DNA of 63,433 bases, filler included, from Octopus bimaculoides (GCF_001194135.2; 11 parts of 9 records of this genome joined end to end with filler, not necessarily neighbours in it); one strand, 5' to 3'; shown: positions 1 to 12,918, counted from the whole stretch's first letter. Translations and numbers: made by a program. Notes: generated from the letters alone by a model not told the origin.

Positions 1-2203
1 ATATACGTATCAGGCACGTGCCGTCAGTTATTACTCAGAGTAGGCAGTTGGTGACTTTTATGTAGTAAAACAAACTAAAATATAAGCGAAACACCGACGC
101 GCAACTGAGTTGAAGGTAAATCTATTTCCGCCTGTATAGCTCGTAAAGAAAACGGTGTTGAAACGTATGCAGCGCATGTACTACAGCAGTACTATGCGTA
201 GCTTAAATACTGAGGTTGAAAGGCAGGGGCGAATTATGCCAACCTAACTTTCAAGAAAATAAAATATTTTGCATTTTATGCATAGTAATCAGAGTAACCT
301 TCATAATTTTATTGAATTAGGTGCATATTTTGCCATAAGAGGAAAACAGTAGTCGGCTAACATTCCTGCATTCCAAAATCCTTGATATTGTTGTTCTATC
401 GATGCAACCTCTTGATGAAAACGTTCCCCTTGCTCATCAGACACTGTTCCAAGGTTCTCTGCAAAAAATCCAGATGTGAATCAAGGAAATGGACTTTAAG
501 TGACATCCGACAGCCCATTGCAGCGTAGGAGTCTAGGAGACATTCCACTCCGTTTCTAAACTCTAGAGATCTCTTGTTGCCTATGAAATTTTCACAGAGC
601 CATTTGAAGGATTCCCAGGCTTTAAGCTCAATCTCATCCAGTGCTGTGAGGAAGTGGTTGTCCTTCAGGGGTTCTTTTATTTGTGGACCTATGAAAACGC
701 CCACCTTCAGTTTTGCTTCGGTGATTTTTGGAAATTTGGCCTTCACATATTCAAAACCTTTTGAGCTTTTCCTGGCAAGTGTCTTCACGAATTGTTTCAT
801 GAATTGTTTCAAGTGTCTTCACGAATTGTTTCAAGGTTTGTGTGAAGGGGAGGAAGCAGAACATTTTCTGGGTTTAAAAGTGGCTTACTCTGGACGCTAG
901 AAACTCCCGGCTCATATGATTTTCGCAAAGGCCACCTTTATTGCACATAGTGCTTGTTAGTTGCACGACTGCCCCATAGGCATAAAAAGAAACAATATTT
1001 CGTGAACCCAGATTGCATTCCCATCAATATTCCAATCACCTTCAAGTCTCCGCATATTTTCTAGCTTCAGTTTGTATACTTTATGGCATTGGGGAGTACT
1101 TGCATGTTTTCATAACAATCTTTCATGTCCACTGAATGTCCTATGGGAATGGATGGTTTCTTATTGCTGTTGTGTAGTAGTAATGCCTTGGGGCTTCTCT
1201 TACATGAATCAATGAATAAGCGCCATTATGCTGGAACATGCTCTTAGAACAAACAGCGAAATAGCTCATCAGTGTTATTACTGAAACAAATTGGTCCATC
1301 AACTGAGAAGCATGAAGTCAGATCCCTATTTCTCGTCCTGAAACAAGTAATACAAACATCTTTCTTAAGCAGACACTTTTCTTGTGGGTGAGATGATAAT
1401 AGTTCAGCTTTATCCTTCGACAAGGACAAGTCTCTAACTAAATCATTTAACTCTCCTTGAGAACATTTCTGTGGTACGTCTTCATTTTCAATCGGGAAAC
1501 CTGCATCCACTTCGGTGTCTTCCATAGCAGCAGTATTTTCTTCAGGAAATACATCTTCGTCAGACGTCTGAAGGCCATTTTCTGGTGGTATTGGAATAGG
1601 AAGATCATCATCGTTATGTGGTACTAGTCTTCTTGCTGATTCCAAGTTGGGATACACAGTCTTATGCTTGGTCTTTACGTATCATAGGTATTGCAAACGA
1701 CGTTACTCTCTTCCTCTTATTTAGCCAATTCCTTAGCCCATTTGAACAAGCTGAGCAGATGATGTGCGGGGCTCAACTCTTATCTTGATCCCCGAGAGAG
1801 CAGCCAATGTATAACTGGTAGATCTTCTTGATTTCACTTGTAGTGACACGTTGCTGAGCTTTGGTGGTAAATGAACCACAGACATGACAAAATATATCAG
1901 GACTGTTTTTGCAATGCCTTGACATCCTGAGTAGAATTTGATGATGATGAAGACGTGGCACCTTTAACAGAAAGTAAAATTTATGAAAAGAAGAGATTAT
2001 GAAAACAAAATTACAAATTGAATACAAATAGTTATAAAACAGAAGTCAGAATTTACGTGTAGCGATACTGCTGATGGGAGTTATATACCTCTCTTATCTT
2101 ATCAGAAAAACTGTGCCTGATAGAAGGAAACTAATTATATTTTTGAAATCTGCGGACAAAACAACATATGATATCCCTGTTGAAAATTGGCTGTTGACCA
2201 GTG
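1..2203 (-). mobile_element. Decayed Chapaev-like (CMC superfamily) DNA transposon; left terminus lies just outside the window
   Basis: The minus strand starts CACTGGTCAAC at 2203. N-terminal Zn-finger-like CKNSPDIFCHVCG...LGDQDKS*APHIICSAC. C-terminal GVFIGPQI...MSLKVHFLDSHLDF and frameshifted GERFHQEVASIEQQYQGFWNAGMLADYC. Subterminal inverted motif TATCAGGCAC (8-17) / GTGCCTGATA (2113-2122). The superfamily name comes from remembered family motifs. Confidence 0.75.
340..1930 (-). pseudogene. Frameshifted transposase remnant of the Chapaev-like element
   Basis: ORF pieces 1773-2027, 1244-1657 and 396-812 are collinear parts of one transposase. Stops, frameshifts and a local duplication (777-799 / 811-833) interrupt it. 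Confidence 0.8.
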
Positions 2204-2873
2204 TAATTGTTAATTACAGGTATTTTTTATTAAATTCCTAATTATAAGAATATAAGTATTATCTATTAAATTACTGGTATAAGTTTAACATTAATGCATG
2301 TAAGGATAACGAATAATTAATACGGATATAGTGTTTTAATTATTAACTTTTGGGTTATGAAATCGTGTAATTCACTCAGAATTAGTTATATCATTAGTTA
2401 AGTTCAATCGAGTTTGTTTTTGCTTTGCAAAGAATAAAATATAAAAGTTTTCCCTTTTATATTGATAACTACGGAGGACTGGTGGGAATATTACCACCAT
2501 GGACATCAAAGTCTAGGGTTTTATTTAGTTAGATAATTTAGGAGTTTGATTAAATTTATTCACCGATACTGCTTTGGTACATGTACCGGGTAAATGTGTT
2601 TCTGTGTTGTAATTTAATTAACAATGTAAGTGTTTAATCCTTCCAAGAATTAAGATTGAATAAATGTGGTGATATATCTTGTATGTTTGTTCCCAAATAA
2701 GACTTATTTTAGTGCTGTTGACACCGCTGGTGTCAAAACAATAGTGATATCCGTGGGGCAGTTGATAATGGAGGTATGTTGGATTGTTGCTCTCGCTGTT
2801 ATTGCATATGCGGAATAGTTTTAAAAGACATCTATTTGGTACATATATATAAATATGTATGAATGTATGTATG

Positions 2874-2904
<31 letters not shown>

Positions 2905-3004
2905 NNNNNNNNNNNNNNNNNNNNNNNNNNNNNNNNNNNNNNNNNNNNTTAATTAATTAANNNNNNNNNNNNNNNNNNNNNNNNNNNNNNNNNNNNNNNN
3001 NNNN
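2905..3004. other. Artificial scaffold join 44N-TTAATTAATTAA-44N (first of ten)
   Basis: Identical 100-bp structure with linkers starting at 2949, 5463, 14891, 20332, 29194, 37614, 42332, 59286, 60962 and 62286. Confidence 0.95.
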
Positions 3005-3365
3005 ACGACTGAAACAGCAGCCTCTGTAGCAAATATTAATTAGCTCATCTTAATCAACTTGAATGTGTTGCTTAAAGCGCTTAGGACTACGGTAAACTTC
3101 CCGAGGAATCTCTTGTAGAAGACAAATGTTAAAAAACATAGATATTAATTGGTGATATTTCGTCTGCTGGGCGGCTGGCGCTGTTGTATCACGTGATCTC
3201 ACTCTGTCACAGATCGTCAGCAACAGTCAGCCAAACAACGAATGCGAGACCGAAAATCAGCTAACATTTGAGCTCTAGTATTTGTTGTTTACGTACACGA
3301 CATAAATTTACCGCAGTGCCTTTATAAACCACACATGGATGTGTGTTAACATATATATATATATA

Positions 3366-3395
3366 CTAGCAGCTAAACCCGGTTTCACCTGATCT
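3366..3395 (-). mobile_element. Helitron-like 3' terminus
   Basis: The minus strand reads CAGGTGAAACCGGG (hairpin, one mismatch), then TTTAGCTG, CTAG and T, inside a (TA)n tract. No 5' end found. Confidence 0.55.
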
Positions 3396-3443
3396 GTTTG
3401 GATGATATGGCTGTAATTGTTTTCGGTTAGGCATAATCTATAA

Positions 3444-3460
3444 CAGCGTTTCTCAACCTG
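3444..3460 (+). mobile_element. hAT (Charlie-like) terminal inverted repeat, single end
   Basis: CAGCGTTTCTCAACC resembles hAT-Charlie MITE termini. No partner end seen before the gap. Confidence 0.3.
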
Positions 3461-4305
3461 ATCATTTCGCGTCCCGTTTCGACTGGAGCCTCCAGCTGTA
3501 TGAAGATTTCACCCCCTCTTGTCAGAAAATGGCTTCAGGAGTTGTGAAGAAAGAATTTGTACGTAGTCTGTTTGTGAGAGCTATTCTATTGGACATCTGT
3601 CTAATCATTAAAAGATTTATTTAATTATGAACATAGAAAGAAATTATACATTAATCGTAATTTTTGTAAGCAGTTTTATCCGTAAAAATTTTATTTGCAG
3701 AGAGCATGAATCGAAAGGAATTATATTTCTGTCCTTGTCTGTCTGTCTCTATCTTTATCTCTCTGTAATATATATATANNNNNNNNNNNNNNNNNNNNNN
3801 NNNNNNNNNNNNNNNNNNNNNNNNNNNNNNNNNNNNNNNNNNNNNNNNNNNNNNNNNNNNNNNNNNNNNNNNNNNNNNNNNNNNNNNNNNNNNNNNNNNN
3901 NNNNNNNNNNNNNNNNNNNNNNNNNNNNNNNNNNNNNNNNNNNNNNNNNNNNNNNNNNNNNNNNNNNNNNNNNNNNNNNNNNNNNNNNNNNNNNNNNNNN
4001 NNNNNNNNNNNNNNNNNNNNNNNNNNNNNNNNNNNNNNNNNNNNNNNNNNNNNNNNNNNNNNNNNNNNNNNNNNNNNNNNNNNNNNNNNNNNNNNNNNNN
4101 NNNNNNNNNNNNNNNNNNNNNNNNNNNNNNNNNNNNNNNNNNNNNNNNNNNNNNNNNNNNNNNNNNNNNNNNNNNNNNNNNNNNNNNNNNNNNNNNNNNN
4201 NNNNNNNNNNNNNNNNNNNNNNNNNNNNNNNNNNNNNNNNNNNNNNNNNNNNNNNNNNNNNNNNNNNNNNNNNNNNNNNNNNNNNNNNNNNNNNNNNNNN
4301 NNNNG

Positions 4306-4502
4306 GGCGAAATGCTTAGCGGTATTTCGTCTGCTGCTACGTTCTGAGTTCAAATTCCGCCGAGGTCGACTTTGCCTTTCATCCTTTCGGGGTCGATTAA
4401 ATAAGTACCAGTTACGCACTGGGGTCGGTATAATCGACTTAATCCGTTTGTCTGTACTTGTTTGTCCCCTCTGTGTGTAGCTCCTTGTGGGTAGTAAAGA
4501 AA
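4306..4502 (+). mobile_element. tRNA-derived SINE, family B (5' end in gap)
   Basis: B-box-like GAGTTCAAATTCC followed by GTCGACTTTGCCTTTCATCCTTTCGGGGTCGAT...TAAGTACCAG (Meta-domain-like). Homologous to 10307-10520 and 34835-35042. Confidence 0.85.
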
Positions 4503-5180
4503 TAACACACACGCACACTCACTCTCACACACAAGCATGGAATTAAATCGAGTACCATTTGCATATATAGCTTGGAAAAATTGACAGTTTGTTGAAAACT
4601 GTCGAGTCATAAATACACGTATTTGTATCTCGTATGTATGCATGTGTAAATACGTGTGATTCATTGCAATTCAAGGTTGTCAGCTAGGTGAATTTTATTT
4701 ATTCTTGTACGGCAGTCTGGTGTCTTTGTTGTCAAAATGTCGCTGGGAAATTAATCTATATAATCAAGTTTAAGTGAACAGGCAAGATAAATATACTTGT
4801 GAATGCAAGTCATTGTGAAAATACTGTCTGGTTAATAAGTACGTAGAGAAATTTTTTATATATTCACGTACATAAAAATGTACAGGTAGACATATATACA
4901 CGCAAATATAAACAAGTAAAGACATATATAGACATATACATGCATACATGCATGCATACATACATACATGCATACATACATACATACATACATACATACA
5001 CACACACACTAAAGTACGCATACACACAGTAATAGGTTTGTATACGTACACGGATTCATATACACATATGTATTTACATATACTCACATGCACACGTACA
5101 TATATACATACATATATACGTGCAGGCAAGCACGCATACATACGCTCAGATACACTTCCACACAGAAAAACACACACACA

Positions 5181-5223
<43 letters not shown>

Positions 5224-5518
5224 TTTTTTTCAGAGGATGTAGCAACCGTTACCAATATAGCATAAGAACTTACCTTAGGGGATTATTAACTAGATTCTAA
5301 ATCCAATGGACCAGTCACTGGATAAGTTTGGCACAGAAATGTTAACATAGAGTGGTGAATAAATCGATATATCGAGTTTGAAGTCTCTGTCTTTTGAATA
5401 TGAAAATTTAAAAGTTAANNNNNNNNNNNNNNNNNNNNNNNNNNNNNNNNNNNNNNNNNNNNTTAATTAATTAANNNNNNNNNNNNNNNNNNNNNNNNNN
5501 NNNNNNNNNNNNNNNNNN

Positions 5519-5603
<85 letters not shown>

Positions 5604-8600
5604 CCTAAAATTGCATGTCAAATGGGTCTGGTGAGAATCGAAATTAGCGGATTTCAAACGGTCTGCCACGGAATTAAAAACAATCTTAAAGATTTTTTTA
5701 ATACATTTCTTTAATAATACTCTTAACTTTAAAACGCAGTTATTTTTCAACTCTCCATCATAAATGGAACTACTGATATAATTATACAAAGTCTGCCAAT
5801 AGCATAGTGATGGATTTTGTCGCCATTGAGTTAAGTAAAACGAAATTATACTTTACATAGCGTTATGTAAACGTAATAGAGTGTGTCATATGCTCGTATA
5901 TATATATCGATAAATACGTAATGTGTTTATATGAGAATGTTCTGAATTTTTAGAAAGCAGTTTTTCCCGCTTTCATGGTGTATCATGTTATTGTAAGCGG
6001 TCGAAAATTGTTCTAACTTTCAGTTAGTTCTTATGGGTACTAATAGTGTTGTACTTATTTTTGTGATATGATATTAAAATCTTACCTAAATTTCTATTTA
6101 ATCGAAACAGATTTGATAACGATTCATCCGTCTCAAGTTTCATTCGATCTGCATATTGAAAATAAAATGTATATACAAGTATAAAATGCGCAGGAAATAA
6201 GAGGAAAATATGAATCATATTACTTCTTACATTCGGGAAATATGGAAGCATAGCACTGTTTAATATACTCAGTTTGGATTTCAAGTAAGATCATTGAACC
6301 ATTTGAAATGCATGTAAATTCGGCATAAGTAGTAAATGATAACCAACTGGGAGTGTGTTTTATATCTAATAATTTCAGCATGAAAAACTATCGGTTTGAA
6401 ATATGTATCACATGATGAAGACATTATGTTATTTAAAAAGAAGTGGTTTTAAAGAATAACTTAATGCAATTGCATAACGAATCGTTTCGTAAGTTTTATG
6501 AAGAAAGGTGTGATATATCGCCTCCAGGTAATCGTATTTACATGCTTTTAATATAGAGATTACAATTAAATAGTAATGATTTCCTGAAACATGATGAACA
6601 CTAGTAATGAATTGAAGCAAGTGTAAAACTTTTCTGTCTCTTTCTACATTTTTACATCAGAAATTTCATTTGATATTGGACATTACAAATAGCAATTGGA
6701 AATACCACTAAAACTAAGAGTAGTTATAGGACATATCATGCATTCCACACTTACCAAGTAATCGCATTACTGAATGTACAACGTTAGAAATCACTAAAGA
6801 CAGAATTAGCAAAGACGTTGAATCGTTATTTCTCTGTAAAATAGTTGCTCATAATATCTAATATAATTTAGATGAAAAATAATTAGCGATTTACGTCATG
6901 TTTCATGTCGTGTATTAAATATTGAACCGAGCTGGAAGTTTTGAGACACTAGTATAATGGTTTCTCTTGTGAGCTCTAAGTAAGTAAGGAAAATATTTTT
7001 ATATTGTTAAGGATCACATGAAGGGACTGTACCTTGGAAATCGGTAAGATCGATAGAGTTGGACTTCTGCTTGAAACAACACTGCAGAATAACCACAAGA
7101 AACGAAAGAATTCGGTGGAACGACATTCAAGGGAGGAAGGAATAGATAAAGCGCTTAGTGAAGTGTCTGATGTGAAGTAGTAAAAAAATGCGAATGAGTT
7201 ACATGACTCTGAGTGGAATAGGAAAACTACCAAACGTCTCCAAGAAGCAGAGGTCACTGAAGTACTGGTAGATTTGTGGTCGGGCTGTGTTGGTGAGTGA
7301 TGCTATTGGGTTATTTTATCTGGTCTAGAATGTTCGAATGAAACATCGCTGAAACATAATATTTCTGGAGATGCGGCCGGCCTCTTCAAAATCTGGTGGG
7401 ACAGAAAACTTAAACAAATGTTAGCAGAACAGTCCACAACTCTCCTGCTCAACAGTGGATATCTAGAAGTATCAAGATTTTTGGAGACATATTCACCACA
7501 CCTTTTTCTTGTCTTTGCCTACATTTGTTCGCTATAATACATACCTATGCATCCAGTAATCGCATTTCACCGTTGCAATCATAATTTGCAGAAAGAAAAA
7601 ACCCCAGATATTTCAATATTTATTTATAGACATTCTTCACATTTCTCCATTAAGAACTTTATCATACAGATAATTTCAATTACTATTTTCAAAATCTACT
7701 TTACTTTACCATGTTTAAGCTCTTGTTGCTCTTAAAGTAACCCATACGCCTTAAAAATGCTCACCTTTTACCTAAATCAGAAATATTATGTGACAGTAAA
7801 ACTAAGGGATCAGATATGGAGGTAATAACTGTTTACGGGACAGCGTACCCATAATTGATTTCTTATGAAACAACTGAATTTTTTGACGTCAAACGCTTTT
7901 GATGTCTATCTCATCAAAATGAGAATTTCTATACGAGCAAATAGACGGGTTTGTTGCTGAACTTGCCATGAACATGGCGCATGGTGTTCATAAAATGAAA
8001 TATATAATTTTCTATAACAACTATACGTGTCCTTCTATTTTATCCTTTAGCTATATCAGGAATGTTTTCTTTGAATAATGAATAGAATTCTCCTATTGTT
8101 CAGATATTCCCTATTACGACTATTATCCATTTGAATGGAATATTTGACGGTATATGAAATTGGTGTATTGTAATATCTGCAAATCCATAAACCAAGGTTT
8201 AAACTTGATAAAATGATATTTAGCTACCTATAAAACTCAATCAAGTGTTGTTGTTGACATTTAACTAGGCGCATGATTAATCTTAATGGGAACGTATATA
8301 TATGCGTATATTGTACTCAATTGTACGTGAGTCTCATGTAACCTGCTTACCTTTTCATTTAAAAAGTATTGCACAAAATCTGACGCTATTGTGTCGTTTT
8401 TGTTCTTAGTATGTATTTGTTTTCATTATCACTGAGGATGTTGGATTGGTAAAACTCGTGGAGTACAGAACAAATAAGTTGCATTTAGTTACAGCCCTTT
8501 ATATTCCGTATCTAAATCCCACCAAAGCCAGCTTTGCATTTCGTCCTTCCGATAAAATTAGACATGTGTACAGTTCTACCGATTACATTGGAATTATTTT

Positions 8601-8605
8601 CAAAA

Positions 8606-9349
8606 GTGTGCGCTGAATTTCCCTAGAGAACATTCTTTTCTTTTGTGGTTGGACCGTCTAGCATAAAGGATCTCCACTTAGTGATCATCCCTTCTCACAT
8701 GTATGTAATATAATTTTTCTGAATTTTCTGAATTTTCTTTATGCTAGGCCATTGGTTTTAAATTAGTGTTAATTAAATTAATATCCAATTTATCACCTTT
8801 ATTATTTAAATTTTAATAATTATGTTCTCTAACCGGCTACGGTTACTGCAGTGAATTATTTTCTGCAGAATTGTTACCGGTATTTAGCGCGCCAGAGCTG
8901 GAGCTTTTGAAAATAACTCCAATATAATCGGTAGAACTGTACACATGTCCAATTTTATGTTGGACAATTCGTGTATTGTTCTGCAAATTATATTGAATTT
9001 GAACGCTCGAACTGATGAGCCACGGATAGTTTGTGTAAATAAAAATTACATTAATCCATTAATGTGCGAAACCTGGTCTACGATTAATTCTTTATTTTGT
9101 ATATTTTCATTTATCTTGCCCGTTGATGGTGTGCGCTGAATTTCCCTAGAGAACATTCATTTCTTTTGTGCTTTGACCGTAGATGGTCTATCTCTAGCAT
9201 AAAGGATGTCAACTTTGGTGGTCATCCCTTCTCATATGTATGTAATATATTTTTTCTGAATTTTCTGAATTTTCTTTATGCTAGGCCATTGGTTTTAAAT
9301 TGGTGTTAATTAAATTGATATCTAATTTATCACCCTTATTTAAATTTTA
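8606..9349 (+). repeat. Terminally redundant element: a 523-bp unit plus a second copy of its first ~210 bp
   Basis: 8606-8815 and 9129-9349 are direct repeats, both starting GTGTGCGCTGAATTTCCCTAGAGAAC, with scattered substitutions and one ~13-bp indel. The second copy ends in (TA)n. Confidence 0.9.
9007..9083 (+). ncRNA. Type I hammerhead ribozyme candidate
   Basis: CTGATGA 9012-9018, G9019-C9067 closing helix II, GAAA 9068-9071, near-palindromic helix III ACCTGGT, GUC triplet ending 9078. Helix I TCGAA/TACGA (4 of 5 pairs). Confidence 0.7.
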
Positions 9350-10306
9350 TATATATATATTGGAACATTACCTTTATAATAGACGATACAATGATAAAAG
9401 TATCTACCATTGCTTGAACTCTCACAGTTGCTTGTACATCAAGCAAAAACAAAACAATAAAAATAATTAGAAGTATTTGACTACAAAATCAGCAGCGCCA
9501 ATTCTGCCCAACCTAGCATATGTGAGCCTGGCCTTAGTTTAGCTTTTCAAAAACATATATAGCTGCAACATTCTCTAACATAAAACTGAAGACGCGCTCA
9601 TACTCTCAAACACACATATACACACATCTCTCTCCCACTTTCCTCTTCTCTATCTCTCCCCCTCTCTCTCTTTCCTTTTCCTGATATTTCCTTAAATAAA
9701 GCACATTTCTCTTACCGAGCCAAGTAAAGGAAAAATAATATTCGAATCCTTTCTAATATTATTTCCTAATTTAGCAGCAATATGATAAGATTGCAACGGA
9801 AAGATGCTAGAAAAGGCAGTGATAAATTGTAGCGTCTCCCGAGCTATGTCGATTATTATTACATTTAGTAAAGATATTGGAAAGAAATACGCTGATACGA
9901 AATGAAGATATCTAGGTAAAAATGTATTTCCGATATAGTAACACGATGAGTTTTGACGTAGAATTTCTGTATCATTCCTTCTTCGATGCTAATTACATTG
10001 CAGCCAGGAATTCGGTATCAGAAAAATTTAGACGTATCTTAAGTGTACACAAGCATTGATTAGCTGAAAAGCCATTACCTGAACTATTCGACCGTTCATT
10101 AATTGCATGAGGGTATGATATAAACGCGAATCCATAAATTATGAAGTAAAAAAACGGTACTTTAGCTGACCATATATGTTTTAATTCTAGGCTCAAAGAT
10201 ATAAACCTGAGGACAAGGAAATAATGGATGTTGGAAATTTGCATCAAGCACTGAATGTCTGTATATATCTTTGGATATAAACTGTAATATATTGACGCCA
10301 GTGAAA

Positions 10307-10520
10307 GGCGGCGAACTGGCAGAAGTGTTAGCTCTACAGGCGAAATGCTTGCGGTAATTCACCCGCCTCTACCTCCTGAGTTTAAATTCCATCGGGGTTG
10401 AACTTTGCTTTTCATTCTTTGGGGATCGATAAAATAGTTACTAGTTGAGTATTGGGGCCAATGTAATCGACTTAGCTCCTTACCCAAAGCTGCCTGGCTT
10501 GTGTCAAAATTAGAAACCAA
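10307..10520 (+). mobile_element. tRNA-derived SINE, family B
   Basis: GGCGGCGAACTGGCAGAAGTGTTAG head and a diverged central domain homologous to 4306-4502. Confidence 0.8.
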
Positions 10521-10593
10521 TATATTGCCATCAGAGTTCACATTACCACAAAATATTCTTTAATTTGAAACATGTAATCATAATAGGTATCTA

Positions 10594-10760
10594 GGCGCAT
10601 GCATGGCTGTGTTGTAAAGAAGCTTACTTTACAATCACGAGGTTCACTATTCAGTTTCATCTCCCAGGTCGACCAATGACTTGCGAATGAATTTGGTAGA
10701 CGGAACCGTGTAGAAGCCCGTCGTACATGTGTGAAGGAGCGTGTGTGTCTTTGTGTTTGC
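10594..10760 (+). mobile_element. tRNA-derived SINE, family A, degenerate 5' half
   Basis: TGGCTGTGTTGTAAAGAAGCTT head and GAATTTGGTAGACGGAA...GAAGCCCGTCGTA. A tail-like fragment follows at ~10855-10935. Confidence 0.7.
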
Positions 10761-11295
10761 ATTTGGCTGCGGTTTTTGGGTGGTTTACTTCTCTGTAAAT
10801 TGGCGGTTCAGTGCAAGAGACGAAAGAAGAAAGTAACAGATTTATTTTTTTGAGTACTGGGATAGATTCATTGGGCTAAAATCTACAAGATGGTGCCCCA
10901 GCATTGCTGTGGTCTAATGCGTGGGAAAGTAAAGGAGAAAAGATTTGTTCGAATTCGTGTATGTGTAGCAATTACAATTATTAATTTCATTATAACAACG
11001 TAACCTTAGTGCTAGTAGGGACAAGCTTGAAAATCGAGGATTTTCTGGAAAAAATAATCAACTAGCCTCATGTTAAAAATACAATCAATAAGTGGAACAT
11101 TAAAAATAAGGAAAACTTTTCTCAAGTTCAACAGAAACATATTATTTTATCTACCTCCTAAAGATGGAGCTGTGTACCTTTGATAGAAATTAGCTCCGTC
11201 TTTACAGGCAGGTTTCAGATAATTAAGAATGGAAGATGTAATACATACGTACATACATACATACATATATACATACATACATACATACTTATATA

Positions 11296-11335
<40 letters not shown>

Positions 11336-11560
11336 GATTTACTTTTCGTAATGAGATAAAAAACTGAGGGTGTGTATAATATAGAACATTTATAAATAGA
11401 AGGTCTTACAGCTGTAAGAACTTCTATATTATACAATGTTCTATATTGTACACAGCCTTGGTTTTTATCTCATTACGAAAAGTAAATCCTTATATTCACA
11501 CTGATAAATGGTCTACGTTGGACCCCTTATTCGCATAATCTCCGAACCTTGAGGTTAACT

Positions 11561-11944
11561 GTTGTTGGCAATCCGTCGCTTACGACGTCGAGGGTTCCAG
11601 TTGATCCGATCAACTGAACAGCCTGCTCGTGAAATTAACGTGCAAGTGGCTGAGCACCCCACAGACAGGTGTACCCTTAACGTAGTTCTCAGGGATATTC
11701 AGCGTGTCACAGTGTGACAAGGCTGACCCTTTGAATTACAGGCACAGCAGAAGCAGGAGGTAAGAGTGAGAGAAAGTTGTGGTGAAAGAGTACAGCAGGG
11801 TTCGCCACCATCCCCTGCCGGAGTCTAGTGGAGCTTTAGGTGTTTTCGCTCAATAAACACTCAGAATCCCGGATCTGGGAATCGAAACCGCGATCCTATG
11901 ACTGCAAATCCGCTGCCCTTAACACTAGGCCATTGCGCCTCCAC
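11561..11944 (-). mobile_element. tRNA-derived SINE, family C, full length (~385 bp)
   Basis: Minus strand: GGAGGCGCAATGGCCTAGTG (A box), GGTTTCGATTCCC (B box), unique body, and a 3' end TGCCAACAAC. Confidence 0.88.
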
Positions 11945-12079
11945 CTTGAGCTTAACTATGGTCTATCCATAGCACTTACTCGGGATTACCTGAAACCTCT
12001 GGGTCTAATTGACACCACTATCGCTCATAACCTCTCTCTCTCTCTATATATANNNNNNNNNNNNNNNNNNNNNNNNNNN

Positions 12080-12146
<67 letters not shown>

Positions 12147-12534
12147 GTGTTATTAGGTGTTCTGTTGCTCAAGGAGATTTTAGATTCCCGGTCCTTCTTC
12201 ACGCAAGGTGCTGGTATTCGTTTCACCGCGTAGCCAGAACAACTCCACTGTTGATCTTTGAAACTTGGTATATGTTGCCACATTTCAAATTCCCTCCGGC
12301 AATATTCGTAACTTTTTAGTTTACTTCAGTTATTCCGAGCTACCACATCATAATTCTCCGTTTATATTTCAGTCGATATTTTGTCTGTTACATGACTTTT
12401 TTCTGTTGTAGCAAGGCGCTAGCTAATGTGAATCTGAGAAAGTATTGCAGTATATACTACTGGAGCTGTCTCTTTGTTCTCCGAATATATGTAACTCCGC
12501 AGACAATGCCGCTGATACATCATTCTCATGTTTG

Positions 12535-12918
12535 TGTTGGCACTCCGTCGCTTACGACGTCGAGGGTTCCAATTGATCCGATCAACGGAACAGTCTGCTC
12601 GTGAAATTAACCTTGCAAGTGGCTGAGTACTCCACAGACACGTGTACCCTTAACGTAGTTCTCGGGAATATTCAGCGTGACACAGTTTGACAAGGCTGAC
12701 CCTTTGAATTACAGGCACAGCAGAAACAGGAAGTAAGAGTGAGAGAAAGTTGTGGTGAAAGAGTACAACAGGGTTCGCCACCATCCCCTGCCGGAGCCTC
12801 GTGGAGTTTTAGGTGTTTTTCGCTCAATAAACACTCACAACGCCCGGTCTGAGAATCGAAACCGTGGTCCTATGACCGAAAATCCGCTGCCCTAACCACT
12901 GGGCCTTTGCGCCTTCAC
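12535..12918 (-). mobile_element. tRNA-derived SINE, family C, full length
   Basis: Closely similar to 11561-11944 along its whole length, same orientation. Confidence 0.88.

Noticed and set aside
11880-11944. tRNA genes at SINE heads (also 12850-12918, 37386-37450, 53050-53125)
   Set aside because: A and B boxes are present, but no complete cloverleaf was seen and each continues into a shared SINE body.
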